Assembly (NCBI GenBank): GCA_016219515.1
Contig: JACRMU010000044.1
Span: 1 to 50,575, forward strand
Length of the DNA: 50,575 nt
Source of the DNA: Deltaproteobacteria bacterium
GTDB taxonomy: Bacteria > Desulfobacterota > Deferrimicrobia > Deferrimicrobiales > Deferrimicrobiaceae
Direction of reading: 5' to 3'
Every line of letters begins with the position of its first letter. Within the stretch, counting starts at the first letter, position 1. The position numbers and the translations under genes are program-made. Below, piece after piece: positions 18,241 to 27,174 of this stretch. The notes under the pieces were generated by a model, which saw only the letters and a program-made list of their open reading frames with translations, was not told the DNA's origin and searched no databases.

Positions 18241-18270
18241 AAAAAGGGCGGGAGAGATCCCGCCCTTTTT
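18241..18270. terminator. Bidirectional intrinsic terminator
   Basis: AAAAAGGGCGGGA-GAGA-TCCCGCCCTTTTT with A and T runs on both sides. Confidence 0.9.
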
Positions 18271-18290
18271 GTGCGCGATGGTGTCGCTCG

Positions 18291-19799
18291 TTATTTCTTG
18301 AACTTTTTCCTTCCGTATCCGGCCAGACCGATCAGCCCGCTTCCCATCAGCAACATCGTGCCCGGCTCGGGGACCGGGGCGGTATCCGTCGGCCAGGAAT
18401 GCGCAAGGTTCGTGGAATGGAATCCCTCACCCAGATTGGCCACAAGGGTTGCTGCGCCCGTGTCGATATCCAGACTGTAAAGACGATAGGAATCCCTCAC
18501 GGTGTACAGTTTGCCGGAGATCGGATCGAATTCGGTGCTCACATCGCTCCAGTCGGTGCCCAGCACCCCGGCGATCTGCGCGACGCCCGGCTCGATCTCG
18601 ATCGAATTCCAGTCCGCATCGAAACGGTAAGAGGTGAGAGCAAACTTGGTGGGATCGATGATCGTCGTGTTTGTTGTGGAAAGATAGGCCACCTGGACCC
18701 CATTGATTACCAGCTTCAGATATGTGGGGTCCCACCATACTTCCATGACGATGTTCTGGTTGATCGCGGTTACGTTGCTCCCTGTCTCGTTCCCCCCCAG
18801 AGCGACGGTTCCAGGTCCGGTGATGCGATTGACCTCGATGCCGTTGACGATTTTCACGACCCCTTGCGTATAGCCGGAGCTTCCGTAGGTATCGTCGGTG
18901 ACGATGAATCGATACAGGTTGTTATCGTCTTTCTTGATGTCGAAGTAGATGCGGCTTTGACCTGCGCCATCCCCAACCAGGGTGAAATTGAGTTTCGCGT
19001 ATCCGCTTCTCGTCGGGGTGTCGCTCATCGTTTTTTCCGCCCGGACGGATGCAGGAGTCCAATTGCCGCTATTGGAGGTTCCATCCATGTGGATGTATCC
19101 GCTGCCGTTGTAGGATATTCCCGTTCCCCCCGCGGATTGCGGGTAGGTGATGGAATAATTCCCCAATTTGTTTTTCGTGTCCTCGTTGAGGATCGGAAGA
19201 GGGTTCGGGTTGATTTTCAGAAGATAATCCGGCATGCCGTCCGCCCATCCGGACACCGCGTAAAGCTGGTTCGTCCCGAAATTCACCGCCATGCCGACGT
19301 GCTTCACGTTCACGTAAGAGTCCCCGGCAGCGGTCGCGACCCCTGTGGATGTGTTGATCGCGTAGATTTTGTCCGTGGCTCCCGCGATCCCGTATAACGT
19401 CGCGGTATCGGCTCCCGTCTTTACGAAAGACATGCCGTTGATCAGGTTCGTGTCGAGGCTGCTGTTAACGCCGGCATCGCCGATATAATTTATCCGGCCG
19501 GTGGAAAGGTCTATGTTGTATAGCTGCTTGCTCTTGGTGTCCCATCCATACAGGGTATTCGACGGACTGAAGGCGATGGTGTTCGTCATGAAACTGGGCG
19601 TTCCGCCGCCCGGAAGCGTAAGGTCCACCACTTTGGCAACCGCACCCGATTGAGGATCGACGGTCCACAATGCGTTGCTTTGATCGGAACTGGAGATCGA
19701 GTAGAATTTCGTGGGATCGATCCCTATGGCGCTGGATGTTCCCGAAAGAACAATCATCGTTGCGGCAACCAGCATCGCCAACAGTGTCGCCTTCTTCAC
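18291..19799 (-). CDS. PEP-CTERM sorting-domain surface protein with beta-propeller-like repeats
   Basis: Signal peptide (GTG)KKATLLAMLVAA; repeated LYxI[DN]xxTG blades; C-terminal VPEPGTMLLMGSGLIGLAGYGRKKFKK. Confidence 0.93.
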   Translation of the reverse strand: MKKATLLAMLVAATMIVLSGTSSAIGIDPTKFYSISSSDQSNALWTVDPQSGAVAKVVDLTLPGGGTPSFMTNTIAFSPSNTLYGWDTKSKQLYNIDLSTGRINYIGDAGVNSSLDTNLINGMSFVKTGADTATLYGIAGATDKIYAINTSTGVATAAGDSYVNVKHVGMAVNFGTNQLYAVSGWADGMPDYLLKINPNPLPILNEDTKNKLGNYSITYPQSAGGTGISYNGSGYIHMDGTSNSGNWTPASVRAEKTMSDTPTRSGYAKLNFTLVGDGAGQSRIYFDIKKDDNNLYRFIVTDDTYGSSGYTQGVVKIVNGIEVNRITGPGTVALGGNETGSNVTAINQNIVMEVWWDPTYLKLVINGVQVAYLSTTNTTIIDPTKFALTSYRFDADWNSIEIEPGVAQIAGVLGTDWSDVSTEFDPISGKLYTVRDSYRLYSLDIDTGAATLVANLGEGFHSTNLAHSWPTDTAPVPEPGTMLLMGSGLIGLAGYGRKKFKK

Positions 19800-19857
19800 G
19801 TTTTCCACCCCTCCCTCATAGTTGTAAAAAAGAGTCTCGAAATCATTTGTGAAAAAA

Positions 19858-19874
19858 TTCAAGTTTCATGCCAG
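19858..19874 (-). promoter_or_regulatory. Sigma54 (-24/-12) promoter candidate
   Basis: CTGGCATGAAACTTGAA versus consensus TGGCAC-N5-TTGC; about 60 nt upstream of the PEP-CTERM start. Confidence 0.65.
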
Positions 19875-20125
19875 ACGCACACACAAAAAATAGATAGTTA
19901 TCTATTTGATAAAACTGATAATTTGTTTATTGTCAGATCCCGATTTGCGAGTTGTGGGAAAATAATTGGAACATGCCGCGGTTTGAGTGACGATATTTGC
20001 TTATAAAGGAAAAATATTACCTATGTGGGGGAAGTAACTGTAAAATGATAGTAAATATTATCAATATAAAGAGTAATAGAGAGCGAAGTACCTATTCACT
20101 GAAAACGAAGTCGTCCCGGGTTTTC

Positions 20126-21415
20126 TTAAACCGGCGAACACCCGACCGTCTTGAGAATCAGCATGGGACCGTCGGGCACAACGGCCCAGCGCGCCTCAGG
20201 ACCGTGCGTTTCCAGCAGGAGGCGAACGCACGATGCGACGTCCCCGGCGGGGCGGAAGTGGTAACGCAGCAGTTCTTCCGGGGGGATGCCTTCCGAATAG
20301 AGCCACACGTTCCGCCGGGTCATCACCTGGTAGGTTTCCTGGGCGCACCACTGGTCCGGGATGAAGAATTCCTTCCTCATGAGACGGCCCAGAAACGCTT
20401 CGGGTGAGTCCACGCTCTCCAGTATCTCCCGGTACTCGGGGTTTCCGGCCCCTTCCGCGCACCGGCTGGCGATCAGGATGTCGCCGCCTTCCTTCACGGC
20501 GGGGGCTGCGCCGGTGATCCCCTTGACGGTCTGATACAGGTTGCAGTCGAGCGGCGCTCCGGCGTTGGTGGTGACGATGAAGTCGAGCGGCGCATCCAGC
20601 TCCTTCACGCAGTGCCGCGCGAGGAATCGGCATCCCTCCAGGTGAGCGTCCACCGGATGGCCGGAGAAAACCCCCGTGATCTCCTTCGACGTGTTCAGCG
20701 TGACGTTGACGATGAAGTCGGCCCCCGTCATGGCCAGGACTTCGAGGCCGGCCTCGTGGAAAGGGTTGCCGTCCAGCCGGCCGTATTCGCACCCGGGATG
20801 GGCGACCATTTCGGGCCCGTGCATGTACTGGACGGTATCGATCGAGGAAATGCCCGGGAGGATCGCCTTGCGCCCCCCCGAGAATCCGGCCCACATGTGG
20901 GGCTCGATGAATCCCGTGAGGATCTTGAGTTCCGCCTCCACGTAGTGCCGGTTCACAAGGGCCGGCACCCGGCCGCCGATTTTCCCCACTTCCGCCATCT
21001 CCTCCCGCCGCTTGGAGAAGTGATCGATCACCCGGCAGCTTCGGGCGATCTCAGGGCTCACCAGGCGTGCGATCTCATCCTGCGAAGTGGGCCGGTGCAT
21101 CCCCGTGGCGATCAGGATCAGGATCCTCTCGCGGGGGATCCCCGAGGATTCCAGGGTTTTCAGGATCGGAGGCAGGAGGACGGGGTTCGGAACGGGACGC
21201 GTGACGTCGCTCACGACGATGCATGCGCTCTTCCGGCCGCGCGCCAGCGCTTCCAGGGGCCGGGAGCCGATGGGGTTCGCCAGGCTTTTTCCGACGAATT
21301 CGCCGGGCCCGGAAAGCGCCTTGGGCTCCGATGGAGCGAGGATGCCGGCGAAGCCCGGTGTTTCGGGGAGGTCCAGAGAAAGACCGGTCGTTCCGTATTT
21401 GAGGACGACGTGCAT
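20126..21415 (-). CDS. larA: Nickel-pincer-dependent lactate racemase (LarA) family protein
   Basis: VSDVTRPVP, ATGMHR, GFIEPHMWAGFSGGRK, PLDCNLYQTVKG, DQWCAQ. Confidence 0.9.
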   Translation of the reverse strand: MHVVLKYGTTGLSLDLPETPGFAGILAPSEPKALSGPGEFVGKSLANPIGSRPLEALARGRKSACIVVSDVTRPVPNPVLLPPILKTLESSGIPRERILILIATGMHRPTSQDEIARLVSPEIARSCRVIDHFSKRREEMAEVGKIGGRVPALVNRHYVEAELKILTGFIEPHMWAGFSGGRKAILPGISSIDTVQYMHGPEMVAHPGCEYGRLDGNPFHEAGLEVLAMTGADFIVNVTLNTSKEITGVFSGHPVDAHLEGCRFLARHCVKELDAPLDFIVTTNAGAPLDCNLYQTVKGITGAAPAVKEGGDILIASRCAEGAGNPEYREILESVDSPEAFLGRLMRKEFFIPDQWCAQETYQVMTRRNVWLYSEGIPPEELLRYHFRPAGDVASCVRLLLETHGPEARWAVVPDGPMLILKTVGCSPV

Positions 21416-21433
21416 GAGGCCGCTCCTTGTCTC

Positions 21434-22716
21434 CTATTCCCGTTCCGGAAGCATCTTCCCGGGGTTCAGGATCCCCTTCGGGTCGAGGGCCTTCTTGATG
21501 CGCCGCATGTACTCCAGGGCGTTGCCGTGTTCGGCCGTCATGAACGCGAGTTTTCCGATGCCCACACCGTGCTCGCCGGTGCAGCTTCCGCCCACGGCGA
21601 TGCTGTGCTCCACAACGTCCCGGTTGACTCTCTCCACGGCCTCTTTGGCCGCCGGGTCCTCAGGGTCGAACATGAGCCCCAGGTGAAGGTTCCCGTCGCC
21701 TGCATGGCCCCAGAAGAACCCGACGGCGTTCTCCCGCTCGACGGAGCGTTTCGCCTTCTCCACCATCTCGGAGTAGCGGCTGATCGGGACGCAGGTGTCG
21801 ACGAGAAGCACCGACCGGCCGGGGTGGTTCCGCTTGATCGATTCCAGGGCCCCGTGCCGGACTTCCCAGAGGCGGGCGCGCTCGTCGGCCCCGATCCCGC
21901 GCTCGATCTTCTCGGCGCGGTGTTCCTTGAGCAGTTCTTCCACCATTCCGAACTGGCTTGCAAGGGCCGCATCGTTCACGTTGTGGAATTCGAGAAACAG
22001 CATCGGCTTTTCCTCGAGGGCCATCTTCCGGTCGCGGTTGATCTCCGCCACGACGGCCGCGTCCATGAGCTCGACTTGAGCGTCGCCCGGGTGACGATGC
22101 CCAATGTCCCTTCGCTTCCCACCATGAGCCGCAGCAGGTCGTACCCCGAGGAGCTTTTGATGGCCCGGCTCCCCAAGCGGACCACCTCTCCGTCGGCCAT
22201 GACGGCCTCCAGGCCGAGAATGCAGTCCCGCGTCGCCCCGTACGCCACCGTGCGCACCCCGGAAGCGTTGTTGCCGATCATCCCGCCGATGCAGGCGTGC
22301 GCCCCCGGGTCCGGCGCGAAGAAAAGGCCGTAGCGGCGCAGCTGGTTGTTGAGCTCCCGGTAGGGGATCCCGACCTCCACGTCGACCTGGAGATCGTTCT
22401 CACGTATCTCGAGGATCCGGTTCATCTCCCGGAAATCGAGGCAGATGCCTCCCCGGACGGGGATGGGGTTGCCTTCCAGGCTGGTGCCCGCGCACCAGGG
22501 GGTGACTGCGTACCCCTTCCGGGCGGCGAGCTTCACGGCGATCGCGACGTCCTCGGTCGTTTGGGGCCAGACCACCACGTCCGGCCGGCGGGGCTCATGG
22601 TACGACTCGTCCCGGGAGTGAAGGTCGAGATTGGATTCCCCCGCGGAGACATGGCTCTCGCCGATCGCCTGCTTCAGGAATGCGATATCGTCGGCGGTTA
22701 CGCGAGGGTATTCCAT
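21434..22716 (-). pseudogene. FAD-linked 2-hydroxyacid oxidase/D-lactate dehydrogenase (GlcD/Dld family), split by a deletion and frameshift at 22074/22075
   Basis: N-half: PDVVVWP, GTSLEG, PDPG, IGGMIGNNASG, GYDLLRLMVGSEGTLG. C-half: ELMD, GHAGDGNLH, TGEHGVGIGK, LDPKGILNPGK. Confidence 0.88.
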
Positions 22717-22783
22717 CTCTCTTCTCCGATTCCCCGGTTTCCTCCATTGTGCACAAACCGTGGCATGGACGCCATGGTTACGG

Positions 22784-22819
22784 ACCGGCAATCTGCTGAT
22801 TCGTAATCAGCAGGTTGCC
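22784..22819 (+). repeat. Inverted partial copy of tRNA-Thr forming a palindrome (att-like site)
   Basis: 22795-22819 is the exact reverse complement of 23063-23087; 22784-22801 matches 23060-23077 at 17 of 18 positions. Confidence 0.85.
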
Positions 22820-23037
22820 CAATCCGCCACATGGAAAATCAGGGAGTCAGGAAGGGCAGGGGGCGATTTTTCCCAGGTTTCCCGCGAATCGGAACGGACA
22901 CGCCCAGGGGAGCCGCAAGGCTGATTGTATTAAGTTGTTACTTTATAAATATCAAGCATTGATTTGGCGGGTGCTTCGGGGCGGCGATTCCGGTGCGGAT
23001 CGCTCGAGACGCGGTATCCGCGGTTATTACGGGTTGA

Positions 23038-23112
23038 TGGAGCCGACGGCCGGGATTGAACCGGCAACCTGCTGATTACGAATCAGCTGCTCTACCGTTG
23101 AGCTACGTCGGC
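23038..23112 (-). tRNA. tRNA-Thr (anticodon CGT), CCA encoded
   Basis: GCCGACG-TAGCTCAACGGTAGAGC-AGCTGA-TTCGTAA-TCAGC-AGGTT-GCCGGTTCAATCCCGGC-CGTCGGC-TCCA folds as a cloverleaf. Confidence 0.98.
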
Positions 23113-23171
23113 CCGAAAGAGGCGGTGCGCGAAAACGCAGGCAATAAGCCTATGGATTGCGCGTCCGGAAG

Positions 23172-24701
23172 TCAAGAGTGCTCGATCTGGTACTGCTCGA
23201 TGTGCAGCTTGTCGGACGCGGCGATGTTGATCTTCATCCCGTAACGGGTTTCCAGTTTTTCGAGGAACCTGCGCTCCTCGCCGAACAGCTCCTCCGCGAG
23301 GGCGGGGTGCACGTGGAGGGAGACCTGCTTTCCCGAAAGCAGCGTTCCCTGGCGCTCGAGGGCCCGGAAGATCTCGTAGCAGATCGTCTTCTTCGACTTG
23401 ATGACCCCTTCCCCGGAGCAGTAGGGGCACGCCTCCGAAAGCGACCGGGCCAGGCTTTCGCGGACGCGCTTCCGGGTCATCTCCACCAGCCCCAGCTCCG
23501 AGATCTTGCAGATGGTGGTCTTGCTCCGGTCGGCCCGCAGCGTGTCCACCAGCGCCTGGTACACCTTTTCCCGGTTCTCCTCGTTCTTCATGTCGATGAA
23601 GTCGATGGTGATGATCCCGCCGATGTTGCGCAGCCGCAGCTGGTAGACGATCTCCTTGACCGCCTCCAGGTTGATCTTCACCGTCGTCTCCTCGAGCGAG
23701 GTCCTGCCGACGTATTTCCCCGTGTTGACGTCGATCACGGTGAGCGCCTCGGTCTGCTCGATGACGATGTACCCGCCGCTTTTGAGCCAGACCTTCTTGT
23801 CGAGGGCCCGCGCCAGCTCGATCTCGATCCCGTGATGCTCGAAGACCGGCTGCGGCCCGTCGTACAGCTCGATCCGGTCCTGGATGCGCGGAAAGAATTG
23901 GACGGCGAAGCCGCGGATCCGCGCGTGCTCCTCCTCGGAATCGACCACGATCCGGTCCATGTCCGCGGAGAACAGGTCCCGGACGGCCCGCAGGGAAAGG
24001 GAGAGCTCCCGGTGGACGAGCGACGGGGCGTTGGACGAATCGTTCTTCTTCCGGATCGATTCCCACAAGCGGACGAGGTAGTCCATGTCCGCCTTGAGCT
24101 CGGCTTCCGATTTTCCCTCCGCGGCGGTCCGTACGATGGCCCCCATCCCTTCGGGCCGGACCTTCTCCACGAGCCCGGTGAGCCGTTCCCGCTCCTCCGG
24201 GTCGTCGATCCGCCGGGAGATGCCGATGTGGGTGGACCAGGTGAGCAGGACGAGGTACCGGCCGGGCAGGGTGATATGGCTGGTGATCCGCGCCCCCTTC
24301 GTGCCGAGCGGCTCCTTCGCCACCTGCACCAGGATGTGCTGCCCCTCGCGGATCAGCCCCTCGATCGGCGGAAGAAAATGCTCCTGGGGGTAGCGGGCCT
24401 CGCGGATTCCGATGTCTTCGGCCAGCGACGACTCCTCGCTCCCGTCGGAATCGAACTCCAGTTGCGGGGTGACGAAGTCGCCGGCGAACAGGAAGCCCGC
24501 CTTGTCCATCCCGATGTCGACGAAGGCGGCCTGCATCCCCGGGAGCACCCGGATGACTTTCCCCTTGTAGATGTTCCCGACGATATTCTGGTCGCCCCTG
24601 CGTTCGATGAGGAGCTCGACGAGGATTCCCGACTCGAGAGTGGCGACCCGCGTCTCATACGGGGACGCGTTCACGACAATGAGCTTGTTGGCTTTCTGCA
24701 C
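23172..24701 (-). CDS. rng: Ribonuclease G (Rne/Rng family)
   Basis: GNIYKGKVIRVLPGMQAAFVDIG, QVAKEPLGTKGAR, IDVNTG, QLRLRNIGGI..DFIDM, CPYCSGEG. Confidence 0.95.
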   Translation of the reverse strand: MQKANKLIVVNASPYETRVATLESGILVELLIERRGDQNIVGNIYKGKVIRVLPGMQAAFVDIGMDKAGFLFAGDFVTPQLEFDSDGSEESSLAEDIGIREARYPQEHFLPPIEGLIREGQHILVQVAKEPLGTKGARITSHITLPGRYLVLLTWSTHIGISRRIDDPEERERLTGLVEKVRPEGMGAIVRTAAEGKSEAELKADMDYLVRLWESIRKKNDSSNAPSLVHRELSLSLRAVRDLFSADMDRIVVDSEEEHARIRGFAVQFFPRIQDRIELYDGPQPVFEHHGIEIELARALDKKVWLKSGGYIVIEQTEALTVIDVNTGKYVGRTSLEETTVKINLEAVKEIVYQLRLRNIGGIITIDFIDMKNEENREKVYQALVDTLRADRSKTTICKISELGLVEMTRKRVRESLARSLSEACPYCSGEGVIKSKKTICYEIFRALERQGTLLSGKQVSLHVHPALAEELFGEERRFLEKLETRYGMKINIAASDKLHIEQYQIEHS

Positions 24702-24702
24702 G

Positions 24703-27174
24703 TTAGGTCTTCTTTCGCGGAACGGGCTCCGCGGAGATTTTCGTAAGGACGAACCGGTCGGGGGAAAGCGTTGCGTCCAGGAGCGCCGACGCCGCGTCGA
24801 GCGGCCGCACGCCCCTCCCCGTTCCATGGATGATTGTAATGGAGAGCGCGCCTTCGTTCATCTGAAAATTGGCCACCAGGGGTTTCAGGTCGATCTCCCT
24901 GCGGGATTCCTCGCGGATCACGACCACGGGGAAGGATGGGGAGGCCTGGAGGTTTTGCCACGCCTTCGCGACCCTGCCGGGCGCCGCCTCTTCCGGGAAA
25001 CCCGCGGGGGGAACCGCTTCGATCCGGTAGGTGCAGGAGATGTCGAAATCCGACAGGTGCGGGGTGCCGGGCGGCAGGTAGCGGGCGGATAGGACGCGGA
25101 TCCCTTCCGGGAGAAACGCGGGCAGCCTCTTTTCGATGTCGGGAGCGGTCACCGGCAGGAAAAACTCCACCTCCACGAACTCGGCACGGCTTTCCGTCCC
25201 CACGGGGAGGGCAGGCGAGAAGGAGAGCCGCGGCGCGGGATTGAACCCCTGGCTGTAAGCGACGGGGAACCCCGCGCGCCGCAGGGAGCGTCCCCATAAC
25301 GACTGGATCTCCAGTCCGGAGAGGTAGCGGGCGGCTCCTTCCTTGGCGTATTGGATCCGCGCGAAATACCGTCCGGCCGGGGCCTGCGGGAGAGGAGAAG
25401 CGGGCGATTTTCCCGCGTCGGCGAGGACGCCTTCCTCCGCTCCCATGGAAGCGTAGGTGATGTTGGAAAGCCCCGGCGGGCAGGATCCGCACGCGGAGCA
25501 TTCCCCCGTACGGCAGTCCGGGGTGGCTTCCCCAGATCGCGCCTTCTCCCGCTCGCCGAGGAGGAATGCGCGGTCGATCCCTGCGTCCACCTTGTCCCAG
25601 GGAAGAGGGTGCGCGGGGTCCCGCTCATCGAGAAGACCGCGGCGGTCGACGCCCGCCTCCTCGAACGCCTTCTTCCACGCATCGGGCCGGAACTCCTCGG
25701 TCCATGCGTCGAAGCGGGCCCCGAGGCGATAGGCGCGCAGCAGGACGTCGGCAAGCCGCGCGTCTCCGCGGGAAAACGCCCCCTCCAGCTCGGAGACCGC
25801 GGGAGAGTGGAACTTCACCTCGACGTTCCGGTCCCGTGCGATCTCGGCGCGTACGATCGCCACGCGCTCCTCGATCTCCTCTTTCCCGATCTGGCGCTCC
25901 CACTGGAACGGCGTGTGCGGCTTGGGGACGAAGGCGGACAGGCTCACCGTGACCGAGTTCCGCTTTCCGTGGCGGCGGGCGACGGCGGCCACCCGCTTTG
26001 CCAGCCGCCCGATGGCTGCGACGTCCGCCGATGTCTCCCCGGGGAGCCCCACCATGAAGTAGAGCTTCAGCGTCTGCCACCCGTTGGAAAAGATCCATTC
26101 CGCCGACCGCAGGAGGTCCTCGTCGGGGATCTCCTTGTTGATCGACCGACGAAGTTTCTCCGTGCCCGCCTCGGGCGCCAGCGTGAACCCCGTCTTCCGC
26201 ACCTTCCGGATCTGCCGCACGGTGTTCTCCCGCAGCGCGTCGAGGCGGAGGGAGGGGAGGGAGACGGAGATCCTCTCGGGAGAGAGCGTCTCCATCGCCT
26301 CCGTGATCAGCCGGTCGATGCAGCCGTAATCTGCCGCCGAAAGGGAAAGGAGGCCGACCTCGTCGAATCCCGTCCTGGGCGCCGTTTCCTGCAGGTAGCG
26401 GAGAAGGAGCAGCGGATCGCGCTCCCGCACGGGGCGGTAGACGTACCCCGCCTGGCAGAACCTGCATCCCCTCGTGCAACCCCGGGAGATCTCGATGCTC
26501 AGGCGGTCGTGGACGATGCGCATCGCCGGCAGGATCGGCGCCGGCAGAAGGGGAGAGGCGGCCAGGTCGGGAAGGACGCGCCGGGAGACGCGGGAGGAGA
26601 CGCCGGGAACGTATACTCCGTCGATCCGGGAAAGGTCGGACAGAAGCTCCCGGCGTTTCCCTTTCCGTTCCTTCCACGATTCCACGCAGGAAAGGATTTC
26701 CAGCGTCGCCTCCTCTCCGTCTCCCACGAGAAGGGCGTCGAAGAACGGCTCGACGGGCGCCGGGTTGAGCGTGCAGACCCCGCCGCCGAGAACCAGGGGG
26801 TCCGTTTCCCCGCGCTCCACGCTTCGCAGCGGGATGCCCGAAAGATCGAGCATGGCCAGGACGTTGGTGTAGGTCAGCTCATAGCAGAGGGAGAACCCGA
26901 TGACGTCGAAATCGCGCGCGGGCCGCCCCGATTCCAGCGAGGACAGCGCGGTCCCGCTTGCCCGCAGGTACTCCTCCATGTCCGTCCAGGGGGCGAAGAC
27001 GCGCTCGCAGAGCGTGCCCGGTCGGGAGTTCATGATTTCGTGGAGCAAAAGGATGCCCAGGTGGGACATCCCGATTTCGTAGACGTCCGGGAAGGCGATG
27101 AGGACGCGGGTCCTTGCGTCCTCCCAGGGGAGGAGCGGCCGCCGCACCTCGGTCCCGCCGTACCGGGACGGCTC
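24703..27174 (-). CDS. B12-binding radical SAM protein (TIGR03960-type) fused to a radical SAM-linked domain (TIGR03936-type); extreme 5' end missing
   Basis: EPSRYGG, FPDVYEIGMSHLG, RGCTRGCRFCQAG, FTLAPEAG, FVPKPHTPFQW, YSQGFNPAPRLSF; upstream of rng. Confidence 0.9.
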   Translation of the reverse strand, partial: EPSRYGGTEVRRPLLPWEDARTRVLIAFPDVYEIGMSHLGILLLHEIMNSRPGTLCERVFAPWTDMEEYLRASGTALSSLESGRPARDFDVIGFSLCYELTYTNVLAMLDLSGIPLRSVERGETDPLVLGGGVCTLNPAPVEPFFDALLVGDGEEATLEILSCVESWKERKGKRRELLSDLSRIDGVYVPGVSSRVSRRVLPDLAASPLLPAPILPAMRIVHDRLSIEISRGCTRGCRFCQAGYVYRPVRERDPLLLLRYLQETAPRTGFDEVGLLSLSAADYGCIDRLITEAMETLSPERISVSLPSLRLDALRENTVRQIRKVRKTGFTLAPEAGTEKLRRSINKEIPDEDLLRSAEWIFSNGWQTLKLYFMVGLPGETSADVAAIGRLAKRVAAVARRHGKRNSVTVSLSAFVPKPHTPFQWERQIGKEEIEERVAIVRAEIARDRNVEVKFHSPAVSELEGAFSRGDARLADVLLRAYRLGARFDAWTEEFRPDAWKKAFEEAGVDRRGLLDERDPAHPLPWDKVDAGIDRAFLLGEREKARSGEATPDCRTGECSACGSCPPGLSNITYASMGAEEGVLADAGKSPASPLPQAPAGRYFARIQYAKEGAARYLSGLEIQSLWGRSLRRAGFPVAYSQGFNPAPRLSFSPALPVGTESRAEFVEVEFFLPVTAPDIEKRLPAFLPEGIRVLSARYLPPGTPHLSDFDISCTYRIEAVPPAGFPEEAAPGRVAKAWQNLQASPSFPVVVIREESRREIDLKPLVANFQMNEGALSITIIHGTGRGVRPLDAASALLDATLSPDRFVLTKISAEPVPRKKT

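Noticed and set aside
22784-22819. A second tRNA gene or tRNA-Sec
   Set aside because: Only the anticodon arm and part of the variable/T region are present; no acceptor stem or D arm, and the anticodon is CGT.
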